From Octopus vulgaris (taxonomy: Eukaryota), in contig OX597815.1 in the NCBI GenBank assembly GCA_951406725.2, positions 46,314,001 through 46,378,000 of the forward strand: a stretch of 64,000 nt of DNA, given 5' to 3'. This document shows positions 1 through 13,513 of this stretch, one piece after another. Within the stretch, counting starts at the first letter, position 1. Every line of letters begins with the position of its first letter. Made by a program: the position numbers and the translations under genes. The notes under the pieces are model-generated. The model did not search any database and was not told the origin of the DNA. It was given only the letters and a program-made list of their open reading frames with translations.

Positions 1-155
1 CGGTAGACACAATTCATGTTCAACTGAGGAGACATGAGTAACGTGGAATAACATTCCGTTCATTACCTACTCGGTGACTGGAAGATTTTAAAAGTAGCTC
101 CTGTTTAAAATGAAATAATTTTGTAACTAGTCCTCAATAGGTATTAATATCTAAG

Positions 156-387
156 AAGGCGGCGAGCTGGCAGAAACGTTAGCACGCCGGGCGAAATGTG
201 TAGCTGTATTTCGCCTGCCGCTACGTTCTGAGTTCAAATTCCGACGAGGTCGACTTTGCCTGTCATCCTTTCGGGGTCGATAAATTAAGTACCAGTTACA
301 CACTGGGGTCGATGTAATCGACTTAATCCGTTTGTCTGTCCTTGTTTTTCCTCTCTGTGTTTAGCCCCTTGTGAGTAGTAAAAAAAT
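156..387 (+). mobile_element. SINE family A (tRNA-like head, central GCCTTTCATCCTTTCGGGGTCGATAAA domain), full-length copy
   Basis: A-box-like TGGCAGAAACG and B-box-like GAGTTCAAATTCC; homologous to >15 copies in the window; GGTATTAATAT repeated on both flanks (140-150, 389-399). A diverged copy follows at ~412-617. Confidence 0.85.
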
Positions 388-1165
388 TGGTATTAATATT
401 TATTAAATTATGCGGTGAGCTGGCAGAATCGTTAGCACGCCGGGCAAAATGCTTAGCTGCATTTCGTCCGTCTTTACGTTCTGAGTTCAAAGTCCACTGA
501 GGTCGACTTTGCTTTTCCTCTTCTCGGAATCAATAAAATAGTACCAGTTGAGCACTGGGATCAATGTAATCGTCTATCCCGATATTGTTGGCTTAGAGTC
601 AAAATTTAAAACCAATATCTAATAAATTTAAGCGGTTACATTATAAAGCACATGTAGTCTTTTACTGCTCAACAGGTTTCAGGCTTCATGTTTTTTTACA
701 TAAAAAATATTGATTATAGGTACTAGGACAGGACGAAACATTTTGGTGGCAAATGGTATAATTCGATTCCGAAGAATCCAGTACAATCCTGGTACTTGTT
801 TTGTCGAATTTGGATGAATGAAAAATAAATTCTGCTCTCTAGCAGTGTTGAACTCTAAACATTATATAACTTAAACAGTCTGTGACTGATCTCTACGTGT
901 AACTCTGTCACACCTTCATTTCACATTTGCAAAAAGTAGTAATAAAAGCAAATAGTGATGCTAGATTGTGGTAAGGTTTCAATTCTGGTCGAAGGCGTTT
1001 CGGTGAACATAAGCTGCAAATATCCACAAAAAAGGTATCGAGCCAAAAACGATTGCTTCTGTTGGTCTCTGCCTGCTGGAACTATCATAGAAAGCTTTCT
1101 CAAGTCACACCTGACAGTCATGAAAAACGGAATGACGCATTAGACTATGTAGTCTTAGCTATACT

Positions 1166-1549
1166 GAGGCGCAATGGCCCAGTGGTTAGGGCAGCGGACT
1201 CGCGATCGTAGGATCGCGGTTTCGATTCCCAGACCGGGCGTTGTGAGTGTTTATTGAGCGATAACACCTAAAGCTCCACGAGGCTCCGGCAGGGGATGGT
1301 GGTGATCCCTGCTGTACTCTTTCACCACAACTTTCTCTCACTCTTACTTCCTGTTTCTGTTGTACCTGTATTTCAAAGGGCCGGCCTTGTCACTCTCTGT
1401 ATCACGCTGAATATCCCCGAGAACTACGTTAAGGGTACACGTGTCTGTGGAGTGCTCAGCCACTTACACGTTAATTTCACGAGCAGGCTGTTCCGTTGAT
1501 TCGGATCAACCGGAACCCTCGTCGTCGTAACCGACGGAGTGCTTCCATC
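1166..1549 (+). mobile_element. tRNA-derived SINE family C, full-length with 9-bp TSD
   Basis: tRNA-like head GGCCCAGTGGTTAGGGCAGCGGACTCGCGATCGTAGGATCGCGGTTTCGATTCCC; TSD AGCTATACT at 1157-1165 and 1550-1558; homologues at ~37810-38055 (+) and ~59045-59370 (-). Confidence 0.9.
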
Positions 1550-1756
1550 AGCTATACTAAATACGAGTTCGAGTGATTAAGTGTCTACTCAATGAAAGTT
1601 GACCTGGAGTTATACAACAATAACGAAAGAAAGAGATAGGCTTTACAACTTGTCAGGCTCTTATCTTCTTTAACCCAATAATGTGTAGTGTTCCCCAAAC
1701 CGATCACAAAGAATAGAGACAGAACCAAAAAAGAGCGTTTCTATTTTATCTGTCTC

Positions 1757-2113
1757 TTTACTATTTTACTTGTTTTAGTCATTTGACTGTGGCCATGCTG
1801 GAGCACCGCCTTTAGTCGAGCAAATCAACCCCGGGACTTATTCTTTGTAAGCCTAGTACTTATTCTATCGGTCCCTTTTGTCGAACCGCTAAGCTATGGG
1901 GACGTAAACACACCAGCATCGGTTGTCAAGCGATGTTGGGGGAACAAACATATACACACACGTACATATATATATATATATACATATATACGACGGGCTT
2001 CTTTCAGTTTCCGTCTACCAAATCTACTCACAAGGCTTTGGTCTGCCCGAGGCTATAGTAGAAGACACTTGCCCAAGGTGTTACGCAGTGGGAATGAACC
2101 CGGAACTATGTGG
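1757..2113 (-). mobile_element. SINE family B (bipartite, internal (TA)n(TG)n microsatellite)
   Basis: Reverse complement matches intact copies at 22150-22590 and 49476-49915. Confidence 0.85.
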
Positions 2114-2334
2114 TTATAACAGAAAAAAATTTCTCTAGTCACACATTATTGACCTACAAACGAAGGGCACGTTAGACAATATACTCCTAGATACACCGAA
2201 TGAAATGGAATTTTACGTGGAATTAAACAATAATAACGATCACTAGATATGAACCTCACAACTTCTTAGTCTCTAATTTCCTTAATGTATAGTGTTTTTC
2301 AAAGCGGACAGTAAATAATGATTTCAAATTCTTG

Positions 2335-2687
2335 CCACAAGGGCATCTTGGGGTAGGGGGTAAGCCGATTAAATTGAGCGCAGTGCGTAACTGGCACTTA
2401 TATAATCGACCCCGAAAGGATGAAAGGCAAAATCGGCCTCGGCGGAATTTGAACTCAGAATGTAGCGGCAAACGAAATACCGCAAAGCGTTTCGCCCAGC
2501 GTGCTAACGATTCTGCCGGTTCGTCGCCTTGAGCAGTTAATAAATAATCTTTATTTATTCTAATAAATATTCTAAGCACAAGGCCCGAAATTTTGGAGGA
2601 GAGGGCAGGTCGATTAGATCGACCCCAGTACCAAACTTGTACATAATTTATCGGCCCCGAAAGGATGAAAGGCAAAGTTGACCTCGG
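2335..2687 (-). mobile_element. Two adjacent SINE family A copies
   Basis: Both contain CCCCGAAAGGATGAAAGGCAAA, the reverse complement of the central domain. Confidence 0.8.
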
Positions 2688-3238
2688 ATCTTTTCCCTTT
2701 GAACGGCAGATTGAGAAATTAATCTTTTGTAACTAAACAATTTCAAACTTCGGACACTGGTAGAATGTGTCATATAAAACATCTTTTTCTCTTAGCGTTT
2801 TTGAGAAAAGTTGCTATTTACGATGTTATTTCATGTTAAAGTTGTCGTATTTCGTTAATTTCAACCAATCAATGACGTGTGTTCAGCTGAATAAAATTAC
2901 TGTCGTTGTTTGTCAACAATAACTTCCGGCGGTGTATATTTCGTTTGTCGCTGTTATTTACGATATATTTCATCTCAGTTACGTTTGTTTGAATAAATGA
3001 GTGTATCTGAAGCATGTTTACTTCATGGCACCACCATAATCGTTCGTGCATTTCTACTGCTTTTATTTTTTATTTTTTTCCTGCGTTTCAGCTACTATTT
3101 TCGGAAAGACTTTTTTGCCCCTCCTCCCCCTTCTTAATTTTTTACATTTTTGGACAGTTAGTAATTAATACAATAGAAACTATTCATTGGTTGTAATTAA
3201 TTGCCGAAGAAAAATTAAACTATACATTAGAATGTGGA

Positions 3239-3460
3239 AAGGTGGCGAGCTGGCAGAATCGTTAGCACACCGGGCGAAATGCGTAGCCGTATTTCGCCCG
3301 GCGTTCTGAGTTCAAATTCCGCCGAGATCGACTTTGCCTTTCATCCTTTCGGGGTCGATAAATTAAGTTACGCACTGGGGTCGATGTAATCGACTTAATC
3401 CCTTTGTCTGTCCTTGTTTGTCCCCTCTATGTTTAGCCCCTTGTGGGTAGTAAAGAAATA
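3239..3460 (+). mobile_element. SINE family A with 18-bp TSD
   Basis: TATACATTAGAATGTGGA at 3221-3238 and 3461-3478. Confidence 0.9.
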
Positions 3461-3475
3461 TATACATTAGAATGT

Positions 3476-3725
3476 GGAGGCACATGGACTTGCAGTCGAG
3501 AGATCGCGGGTTCGAATCTCAGACCGGGTGATGTGTGTGTTTATAAGCGAAACACATAAGTTCCACGTGGCTCCGGCAGAAGGTAATGGCAAACTCCTGC
3601 CGACTCTTTCCCCCTGCATCTAGCATCTCACCTGCGTCAGACCGGCATACTGTCCAGGTGGGAAACCTATACACCAATGAAACTGTCTCTTATGAGCCAG
3701 GCATGGCTCGAGAAGGAATAAACAA
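3476..3725 (+). mobile_element. tRNA-derived SINE (family C-related head), older copy
   Basis: B-box GGTTCGAATCT; shares ACCGGG..TGTGTGTT..AGCGAAACAC.TAAG.TCCACG.GGCTCCGGCAG with 1166-1549; degenerate TSD TATAC(A/C)TTAGAATG ending at 3739. Confidence 0.75.
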
Positions 3726-3934
3726 TATACCTTAGAATGAAAGCATGTGTTCTTTTTCACTGATATTAGAATTTGAACTCATCTTTTTAATGTTTGTAAT
3801 TTAGAGATCAGAATATCAAAATAATGATACACTGTTCTGCCTTGCTGAAGGAAATGGGATCGGCGTTTTTTTTATTATTTATTTATTTTATTTATTTTTT
3901 TAAAGTATTTGCTGAAGTTCAAACAAACGTTTTG

Positions 3935-3977
3935 ATTGGACGATTTCATTTCATCAACTAAACAAGTCATATAAATA
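3935..3977 (+). promoter_or_regulatory. Putative H4 core promoter (inverted CCAAT box and TATA box)
   Basis: ATTGG at 3935-3939 and TATAAATA at 3970-3977, ~100 nt upstream of the H4 ATG. Confidence 0.55.
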
Positions 3978-4044
3978 TCAGTTCTTTAGGTATCATAGAA
4001 TTTAAATCATTTTTGGTAGCAACTACTGTGTCACGGCATCTTAA

Positions 4045-4386
<342 letters not shown>

Positions 4387-7300
4387 CAGAATTGGCACTT
4401 GTCGAACGACTTTCAAGAATTTCTTCAATGAAAGTTATTTTTCTTTTAATATTTAAACGTGGCTTGCAAGATTTATAGCCAGTACATTTATCGAAGATAT
4501 AATTTCACTTTTTTAAAATTATGGTGGCTGTCTAGACTAGAACGTTTCTCGGCTGCCTATTTTACAAAGCTTTTTATTCATTTCTTTATATCACGTTAAC
4601 CCACAACTTTTGCTTGAAGATTAATATTTCTGCAACTGTCCTGGTACAGAATTTCTACAGTCTGACTAGTCTGTGATGAACTATTATAAAGCTCATCGAG
4701 AGCCGATTAACTAATTTGGACTGAACAAATTTTGTATTTTCCTCTCATTTTGCCTCCTTTTTAAAATCCTGTTCCTAAGCTCTTAAGAGAAAGCTGACAG
4801 TATTTCTCTCTCGTGAAAACTTAGTAACTCGGATACAGTGAAATGGAAACTCGGTTAATTGCATCTCATATTACTTAAAAATTCGATCTAATATCTTGGA
4901 TTTATTTTTTTGGTTGGTGGGGGAGAGAGTAATCTCCGAAAGGAATTGCATAAGATTTGATTAAACTTTTTTAACTAAAAAGGAAAATGTAAATCTAATT
5001 GTATAATTCGGTAGTAAATAGCTGGAATAACCTTATCAAAAAGCAATTTTGTATTCCGATTAAGGGACTTAACGTAAATAAGCTTGTGAAAACTGTCAAA
5101 GATTCTGTGTAGTGTACTTTATAGAATTTAGTTAAATTTAGGTAAACCTTCTGTTAGCCTGCAATTTCTCTTGGTGATATCATTTAGTGAATGCATTTTT
5201 GCTGAAATCTGAAAATTTGTCTTGCTTTCCTACGTCATTTCTTAAAATCTGCAAATACTGAACTCTCGGAAGGAACTAAGGTTTTCACCATTTTTTTCTT
5301 TTTCTCTACAGTATATTTAACACTCGTCTTGCCTAAGCACTTGCACATAAGTTTGCTTATGTGTTAACTATAACGTGGCTCAGTGCAAACTACGTAGAAA
5401 AACATGGTCGAAACATCATTGGAATATTTTAGTGTGTGTGTGTATGTACACTATTCTTTGTTTATTTTCTTTTCAAGTAACAGCTGAATGGTTTCTCTGA
5501 ACAAGTGAACACCCCTGCGATGGAGCTATTTTTTTTTTCTTACATATTTATAGCCCATCCCCATCTCCGCTCCACATTCTACCTATCAAATTTAGCGATA
5601 GACCAAAGTGAAGATATGTTGAGAATAAAATGAAGCTGAAGACAAATCGGAGGCGGGTACTTCCTCTCAGATATTTATTTTATGGTTAAGAAATATGTTA
5701 TCTCAAGTGGGTCGTGTTTGTAGTTTTATGGCATCGTGTTATGCGAAAAAACTACATTCCACGAACAGATTTTTCGTCTTGCCAAGTAACAATAGTCAGC
5801 AGGTCATCAAGATTAGCAGTTATAAGCAAAGAATTTTTATATGAAAAATTAGCTGGGTTTAGTGATTTATTGCTCTTTTATCACCAACACTTTCTTCTTA
5901 CTTTTCATATTTAATTGCTACCGAGTCGCAAATAGCCGTTTGAAGTGGTTTCAGCATTTTACGAAGACTTTACTTATACTGTTCATGTACGCATGCACAC
6001 ATACATTTATATATAAATAAAAATTTTCTTTCATAAATTCAAGACGTACATTGTACTTTCAATAAGGGAATTGTATTGAAATAAAATATTTTTCAAATGT
6101 CATTTTTCTTTTCACTCTGCTTGAGGTACTCAAACGTGTTTTCATAAAAATCTTAACATTTTAAGAGTAACGTAACATCTATTCGACTGTTTTATTTGAA
6201 AAAAAACTTTATTGATCCTCCGACCGAGAATTGTTGAAGTTAGTACATTCATACATTTTTCAGATCCTAATTGAAATGAATTGGGAGTGTGGAGGGTTCT
6301 GAGACACGCTTAGATAAGTCGTCACAAGTCCGTAATCATTTCAATTAAACTTGCCGGTTTTAAGACTAATCACTCGTCTTAATGAAAGGGACGGTTTCAA
6401 ATCTTAGCAAATAGTTCGTTTGAAAGTTTTTCTTTGAATTTGTCATTTACAACGATACCCTGAATCTTAACCTAATTGTTTTACCTTGAGATTAACTTTT
6501 GAATGCGATGACCTTGTTTCTTTATTGTCCACAAGGGGCCAACGAAGAAGGGACAATTGAAGGATATGTGGGGACATGGAACAAAGTTAAAAAAAAAAAA
6601 AACACGTATGTTACAAGATGAGTGATAATGGAATGAAGTTCCTCATCCCCCACCTCTGAGTCGCGTCACATTTTATACTTCGCACTTGCCAGTATATCGA
6701 ACTTGTACTCATCCAACAACTGTACGTACGTCAATTACCAAAAATGTTCAAGTCCACTTCCCAAATTTTGTAGTCTTTTTTCCCCTTGTGTTCTTCGTTC
6801 AATAAGAGATCGCAATGCCATCCTTGAATATCATATTTGTTTCAACTGCTCTGATATCTTTCCGTGTTTTAATCTCTTCGCACAGTTTTCTGTTTGAATT
6901 CTCGTACTATTAGTGCATAATTTTTTGTCCAGAGGTGGGGAAATTTGAGAGCTTGTCTGTATGCAATTTTGTGTGTGTCAGAGGTGGGTGGGTAGGTTCA
7001 GCGCCTGTAGGGGGAGGGTGGGTTTTGGGTGGTTGTGGGGTGGGCTTCTGTATCTGTTTTGCTTGACTTTTTCCTTTTCTTTCCGGCTGCTTCCCTTTCG
7101 CCATCTGATTCGCTCCCCTTTTCTTGTTTCTGCTGGTGGTATTACTTCCATTCTTTTAAATGAGATGACCTGTGATTGTATGTATTCCAGCTCTGGCATT
7201 CCCGTATTTTCATACATATCTTTAGATTATCTATTGTATCTTTTCAAAAGGGTAAAGGATCTATGAGTTCCTGGCAAATCGATCGCCGAAGTTTTTATTA

Positions 7301-8369
7301 AATTTTTTTTTTTACACCTGTCATTTTGCATATGTGAAATTCTATGTAACGCCATGTATAAAACATGCAATGATTAGATAGAAATGAATACTCAAATACT
7401 AAACAATTGGAGGGAAAAATACATATTAATGACATAACCTTCATGTGGACGTTAGACTTATGAGGAGTTGTAACCAAAATTTTCCTCAGGTTCCCCGAAG
7501 CTTACTTATATTGAACTGGAACAAAGCGTATTTATAAACTAAGAATCAGTATAAAAGATTCATGTATTTTACGTTTTTTTCTTCTATTGATCTGTATTTT
7601 GAACGGCTGTCTTTCCCACGAACAGAGCCAGTGTTTATGGAACGAAAGTGACGTTTAAAGGCCGGTGCTGATATACTTAATGTAGGGAACCTGGAAATTT
7701 TGATTAAAAACACAGGGCTGTCTCCCTCACAAATTTTAAAAATTTATTAGTTCCATAAGTGCTAGAAGCTGTTCATGTACTTCGCAGATCTCACAACTGA
7801 CACTGGTGAGATTTGATACCGTTGGCGCTCTGGTTAAATTGTTGCGATCAAACTCTGAATAAAGACATCAGGAATTGAACTCCAGCAGGCCGACTTTCGA
7901 GGAGAACGAATTGAACTTAGAAGAGGGAGCGTGAATGGATGTAGTACAAGACCAGCTAAATTCCAGGAGGGTGAGCCAGTATATCTGGGCGTCAGTTTGT
8001 CAGACTGCAGTATGTCTGAGTGACCAACTAGTGGGCTTTCACTGGATACAGTTTAGGACGTTTGTATGTTTAACTTGTAAGCCTTGATGTTTTGTAGTTA
8101 AGGGCTGATTTTTTTTCCTTACGTCTGAAGAAAAGTTTCTATCTTTGAATGGAAAATATGAAGAGATGTACTTGGATAGTAAAACTTAATATTTGGAGCG
8201 GTCTCTAGAATGTCCGGTAAGTTCAGTCATCAATTCACCGTTTTTTTTTTCTTTCGATAAAATAGTTTTTATCAATTAATGGTGTAATACTATGGATATA
8301 TTTTTGCGGTGAACTTACCGGAAGTCCTCTAGTTGCAGCTATACTTGTTAAGTGGGGTGAGGTGTAATA

Positions 8370-8941
8370 ATGGTTTCAAATTTTGGCACAGTGCCAGCAT
8401 TTTTTTTTTTTTTTCAGTGAAGGTATTTTAAGCATTGGAAATAGCCGCAATTGGGTCGATGTAATCGACCCAATTACTTCGACCCAATTACTTCAATAAT
8501 ACTAATTTTGTCGACCTCGAAAGTATGAAAGGCAAACACTCGACGTTAGTGAAATTTGAGCTCACAACGTAAAGACTGACAAAATGCTAAGCGTATTTAT
8601 AAGCAAAGAATCAGTAAAAAAGATTTTTGTATTTCACATTTTTTTCTATTAATCTGTATTTTGGATGGCTGTCTTTCCCACGAACGTTTCTGCCAACCCG
8701 CCATTTAGAGGTGAGGTGTAATATTGATTTCCAATTTGGACACGGGACCAGAAATTTTCGGGAGAGGGGCTAAGTCAGTTACATCGACTCTAGTGTTCAA
8801 CTTGTACTCATTTTAGCGACACCCTAGAGGAAGAAAGGCAAAGTCGACCTTGGCGGAATTTGAACTCAAAACATAACGACGGACGAAATGTCACTAAGCA
8901 GTTTGTCCGGCATGCAAATGATTCTGCCAGCTCGTTGCCTT
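8370..8941 (-). mobile_element. Two tandem SINE family A copies, the first interrupted by a ~97-bp local duplication
   Basis: Central-domain motifs in both; GGTGAGGTGTAATA repeated before each; 8589-8685 copies 7524-7623. Confidence 0.75.
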
Positions 8942-9249
8942 AAAAGTGTAACAATATTGCCTTGATATATGCTCTGTTGTGCATTAATTTTTTTCTCATG
9001 GACATTGTAATTACTTCGAATTAATCTTCCGATTCTTTCGCCTTAGATGGAACTTAACGTCATAGCAACCACTTGGTTTCTATGTAGACGGTGTTTATTC
9101 TTTGTCTTAATCTACGATTCACTGACAATGAAAGCAGTAGAGGAGAGGTGAACAGCTGCTGAGGAGAGTTAGCATGTAAGTTTCAATTTCCACTTGAAGA
9201 CAATTTGTTATTCGACAACTAATACCTTTGAACGTCATACAAACATTTT

Positions 9250-9461
9250 ATTCTTTTATCCTTTTACATGATTCAGTCATTTGACTGCGGCTATGCTGGA
9301 GCACCTCCTTGAAGGATTTTAGCCGAACAAATCGACTCCAGGACTTCTTTTTTAAACCTTGTACTTATTCTATCAGTCCCCTTTGCTGAACTGATAATTT
9401 ACGGGGACGTAAACACACCAACACCGATTGTCAAGCGGTGATGGAGCAAAAACACGGACGG

Positions 9462-9500
<39 letters not shown>

Positions 9501-9655
9501 AATATATACGATGGGCTTCTTTCAGTTTCCGTCTACCAAATTGGTCGACCCGGAGGTTATAGTTGGAGACACTTGCACAAGGTGCTATGCAGTTGGACTG
9601 AAAATGATCCATATGGTTGGAAAGCAAGCGTCTTACCACACAGCCATGCCTGCGG
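9250..9655 (-). mobile_element. SINE family B
   Basis: Homology to intact family B copies; internal (CA)n. Confidence 0.8.
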
Positions 9656-10609
9656 CTATTTCCAATGCTTAAAATGTTACTTGGTAACATGTTATAACAT
9701 CAGTTTTTTTGAAAAAATATTTTACTTGTTTCAGTTATTGACTTGCGTCCAAGCTGGAGAGCCGCATGAAGGTTTCTCTATTTTAGTCGAAGAAATCGAC
9801 TACTATTTTTTAGTGTACTACTTCTATCGGTATCTATGCCGAACCGCTAGATTACGCGGACAAAACAAACCAACACCGGTTGACAAGTCGCAGAGACAAC
9901 AGAAAGACGTGCACATACCTATGTGTGTGTGTGTGTGTGTAGGAAAAATTCATTTGTCACTGAGTATGACTAAGGGTGTCGGAGCACCTACATTGCTAGA
10001 AATGAGAGTTAAAATACTCGTAATGTTGTAGAAGGAACACACATGCTGACAGGGGAGACAACCGTCTATGACCGTTTCGAGAATCCCCAGACTAGATCTG
10101 ATTTCGCCTATAGATTTTCACACAGTTTCCGCCTACTAAATTTCTTCTCGGGGTTATTAGTCGACTAGGGGCTATATTAAACCCTTGACCGAGGTTCCGT
10201 GTAGTGGGACTGAAACCGAAACGGCGTAGTTGAAAAACCGAGCTCATTAATCACACTATCATACCAGCGCCTACACATCCATGTAATACACACCCATATT
10301 TGCTTAAGCTTCGGTTTAACGTGAAACACTTGTGACGCAATATATGAGGTTTCAGTTTTAAGTGACTTTTAAATCTTAACTCCAAGGATAACGATAAAGT
10401 GTCAATAGAAATATTTTGCATTCTGAGTTCAAATCCCAGCGAGGTCAACTTTGCTTTTCATCCATCCAGGTCGGTACAATAAAGAACCAGTCGAATACTG
10501 AGATCAGTCATATCGATTAATACCATCATGGTCTTCGGCTTCAATTATCAAATACGTTTCTTTAGCTCTTTTTTCCGGAATTGTTTGTACTGTTTCTACT
10601 CTCTCTATC

Positions 10610-10682
10610 AATCTCTCTATATATACATATATATCTATATTTGTATGTATATATGTATGCATCTGTATATGTACGTATATGC

Positions 10683-10742
<60 letters not shown>

Positions 10743-10898
10743 ATGTGTGCATAAATGTATTTATGTGTATATATGTGTGTGGTGTATGTATATATATATA
10801 TATATATATGCGTATAAACATGTATATATGCATATATATATATATATGTATGAATATATGCATACATATGTACATAAATATATGTACATGTGCGTATA

Positions 10899-10942
<44 letters not shown>

Positions 10943-11012
10943 TACATACATATGTTTATGTATATACATGTATGTATATATCTATATCTCTCTATATCTA
11001 TATGCACACACA
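10610..11012. repeat. Compound (TA)n/(TG)n microsatellite; representative of many such tracts (e.g. 28960-29535, 40440-41400, 50820-51270, 60740-63330)
   Basis: Directly visible; source of the YI/CV/HT-rich spurious ORFs. Confidence 0.95.
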
Positions 11013-11392
11013 CGTTCGGATATATTTTTCTTTTCCTATTTGTCTTCGGCCGTCTCGAAGACAGTTAATAATGCCGAAAGTCAGATAAATAACATGATCT
11101 TTACAAAGGTTGTATTTCCAGGAATCTATCTATGTTATGTCTGCGGAAATACCGAAGTTCCTTGAAAAAAAAGCAAAAACAAAAGCAAAAAAAGAAAAAA
11201 ACAAACAATTGACATGAATACAAATTTGGCAATAAAAGATAATGATACAATAATATAAACATGAAGACATTAGTAGATGGGTTGTGTGTGTGTGTGTGTG
11301 TGAAAGGGAGAGAAAGAGACTGAAGCAGAGTTAATAACTGATATAGTAAGACAAAGTACAAGAAACAGACTCAGATAGATTGGTAGACAGAG

Positions 11393-11480
<88 letters not shown>

Positions 11481-11502
11481 CTGTGTGTGTGAGTATATAT
11501 AA

Positions 11503-11885
11503 TCTTTTATTCTTTTACTTGTTCCAGTCATTAGACTGTAACCATGCTGGAGCACCACCCTAAAGAACCTTAGTCGAGTGAATCTATCCCAGTACATTTT
11601 TTTTAAAGCCTGGTACTTATTTTGTCGGTCTCTTTGGCATAACCGCTAGGTTACGGGGACGTAAACACACTAACGCCGATTGACAAGTGGTGGTGGAGAA
11701 CAAATACAGTTACACACACGCACATATATAATTATATATATATACACGACGGGCTTCTTTTTAGCTTTAGGTCTGGTCAGCCCGAGGCTATAGTAGAGGT
11801 CAACTAATCAAGGTACTACGCAGTGGGACTGACTGAGCCCGGAACTATGTGGTTGAGAAGCAAGCTTCTTAACACAAAACCACGC
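11503..11885 (-). mobile_element. SINE family B
   Basis: Homology to intact copies in both head and tail. Confidence 0.8.
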
Positions 11886-11888
11886 TGT

Positions 11889-11964
<76 letters not shown>

Positions 11965-12512
11965 TTGGGTTGTCCGGAAAGTTCGTGCCGATTTATAGTA
12001 GCCTACTTTTCGACTTATTTTAGAACATGTTGAGTCCATAAAATAGGATTTGACTACACCTCCATTTAGAGCACAATTTAAGCTGTCTTTTCGTGGAAGA
12101 AGGTTTATGTTCCTATAACCTGTGTTAATTCTGTAACCCTTTAAAATGGAAGATAAGAAAGTTCATTTTCGGCACTTGATGCTTTGGGAACCAGACAAAA
12201 ATTGCTGCAGCTCGGCTGGGATGTGTTACCCCACATATTCACCAGGTATTGCTTCTTTGGATTTCCACTTATTCAGGTCTCTGCAGAATAGTCTTAATTG
12301 TAAAAATTTCAATTCCTTGGATGACGTAAAAAAGATACCTTGATGAATTCTTTGCCATGAAACCACCTCAATTCTGGGAAGAATGTGTTTTCAAGTTAAA
12401 GGAAAGATGGAGACGCATTGTGCAACGAAATGGTTAATATTTGGTTGATTAAAAATGTAATTGACCTTTTTCTTTCCTTTAAAAATCGGCACGAACTTTC
12501 CGGACAACCCAA
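11965..12512 (+). mobile_element. Internally deleted mariner (MITE-like) with perfect TIRs
   Basis: 30-bp TIR TTGGGTTGTCCGGAAAGTTCGTGCCGATTT at both ends with TA TSD; transposase N-terminus MEDKKVHFRHLMLWE joined to C-terminal YSPGIASLDFHLFRSLQNSL (YSPDLAPSD motif). Confidence 0.92.
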
Positions 12513-12671
12513 TAGATATACAGACAAGCAGACACATAGAGAGATCGATAGATAGACACAGATAGTTAGATACATAAAGCTGCAGTTTTTAGTCGCGGGG
12601 GTGCTTTATGCAAATCAACAGGGAAAAGAAAGAAATATATGTACTTACGAATAAATTGATTTCGCTTCGAC

Positions 12672-12728
<57 letters not shown>

Positions 12729-13474
12729 GAGTGAGAGAGCAGTGCATGCCATCAAAGTGACACTGGGGTAAAATATACGAAGCCCAGCATACCCATCATG
12801 ACTACCCGTCTGATAAGGGTACACCAGGCACATGCATCACAACCATATGTGCGCGACATGGTGATCTCATATCAAGATAAACAGCACATGACCTTGCAGG
12901 TGGGGCCCAGTTAGAATTTTCTTCAGGTCGAGTAGCCCATCCTGCTCAAAAGGTCCCTGAATAAGGGTTGCTTTAGGATGTTGAACGAAATACCTATGTT
13001 TCCAGAGGTGAATTATTCAAACTCCAAAGAATCCCTCTCAACACATGGCTATGATGCTCCCCCACTACTTCTGCTCGTGATCAGAGATGCACGTATTGTC
13101 AGCCACTAAGGGACATGCTCAACTGGTTAAGGTCAAACAACTGACAAGCAAATCTATGGTATTGAGCAGAATATTTGCTGTAGCCCATCTTTTATACCAA
13201 GACAAAACAATGTACATGATGACACTTCCAATCAGTTAAAATCAGAAGCCATGAGAGCCACTGCTGGTACTGCATCAGGGCATGGGTACACCAGGCACAT
13301 GCATCACAACCATATGTGCGCGACATGGTGATCTCATATCAAGATAAACAGCACATGACCTTGCAGGTGGGGCCCAGTTAGAATTTTCTTCAGGTCGAGT
13401 AGCCCATCCTGCTCAAAAGGTCCCTGAATAAGGGTTGCTTTAGGATGTTGAACGAAATACCTTTGTTTCCAGAG
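12729..13474 (-). mobile_element. 5'-truncated retroposon 3' region inserted in (TAA)n, with an internal 191-bp re-copy
   Basis: Flanked on both sides by (ATT)n; homologous to 18586-19090 (+); 12817-13007 is duplicated at 13284-13474. Confidence 0.75.

Positions 13475-13513
<39 letters not shown>

Noticed and set aside
1168-1240. tRNA gene (also at 54143-54215)
   Set aside because: tRNA-like heads of SINEs with bodies and TSDs; no proper acceptor stem or terminator.
2688-3215. Possible non-autonomous DNA element truncating a SINE
   Set aside because: No matching termini or second copy found in the window.
6500-7270. Possible LINE ORF1/endonuclease remnant on the minus strand
   Set aside because: Composition suggests decayed coding sequence, but no diagnostic motif could be identified.
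7788-8025. GC-richer segment after TTCGCAG resembling an exon
   Set aside because: Stops in all plus frames and no recognisable peptide.
11050-11090. Hammerhead-like GTCT-CGAAGA...CCGAAAGTC-AGAT (similar half motif at ~54845-54895)
   Set aside because: Core nucleotides are missing and stem II is poor; too degenerate to call.
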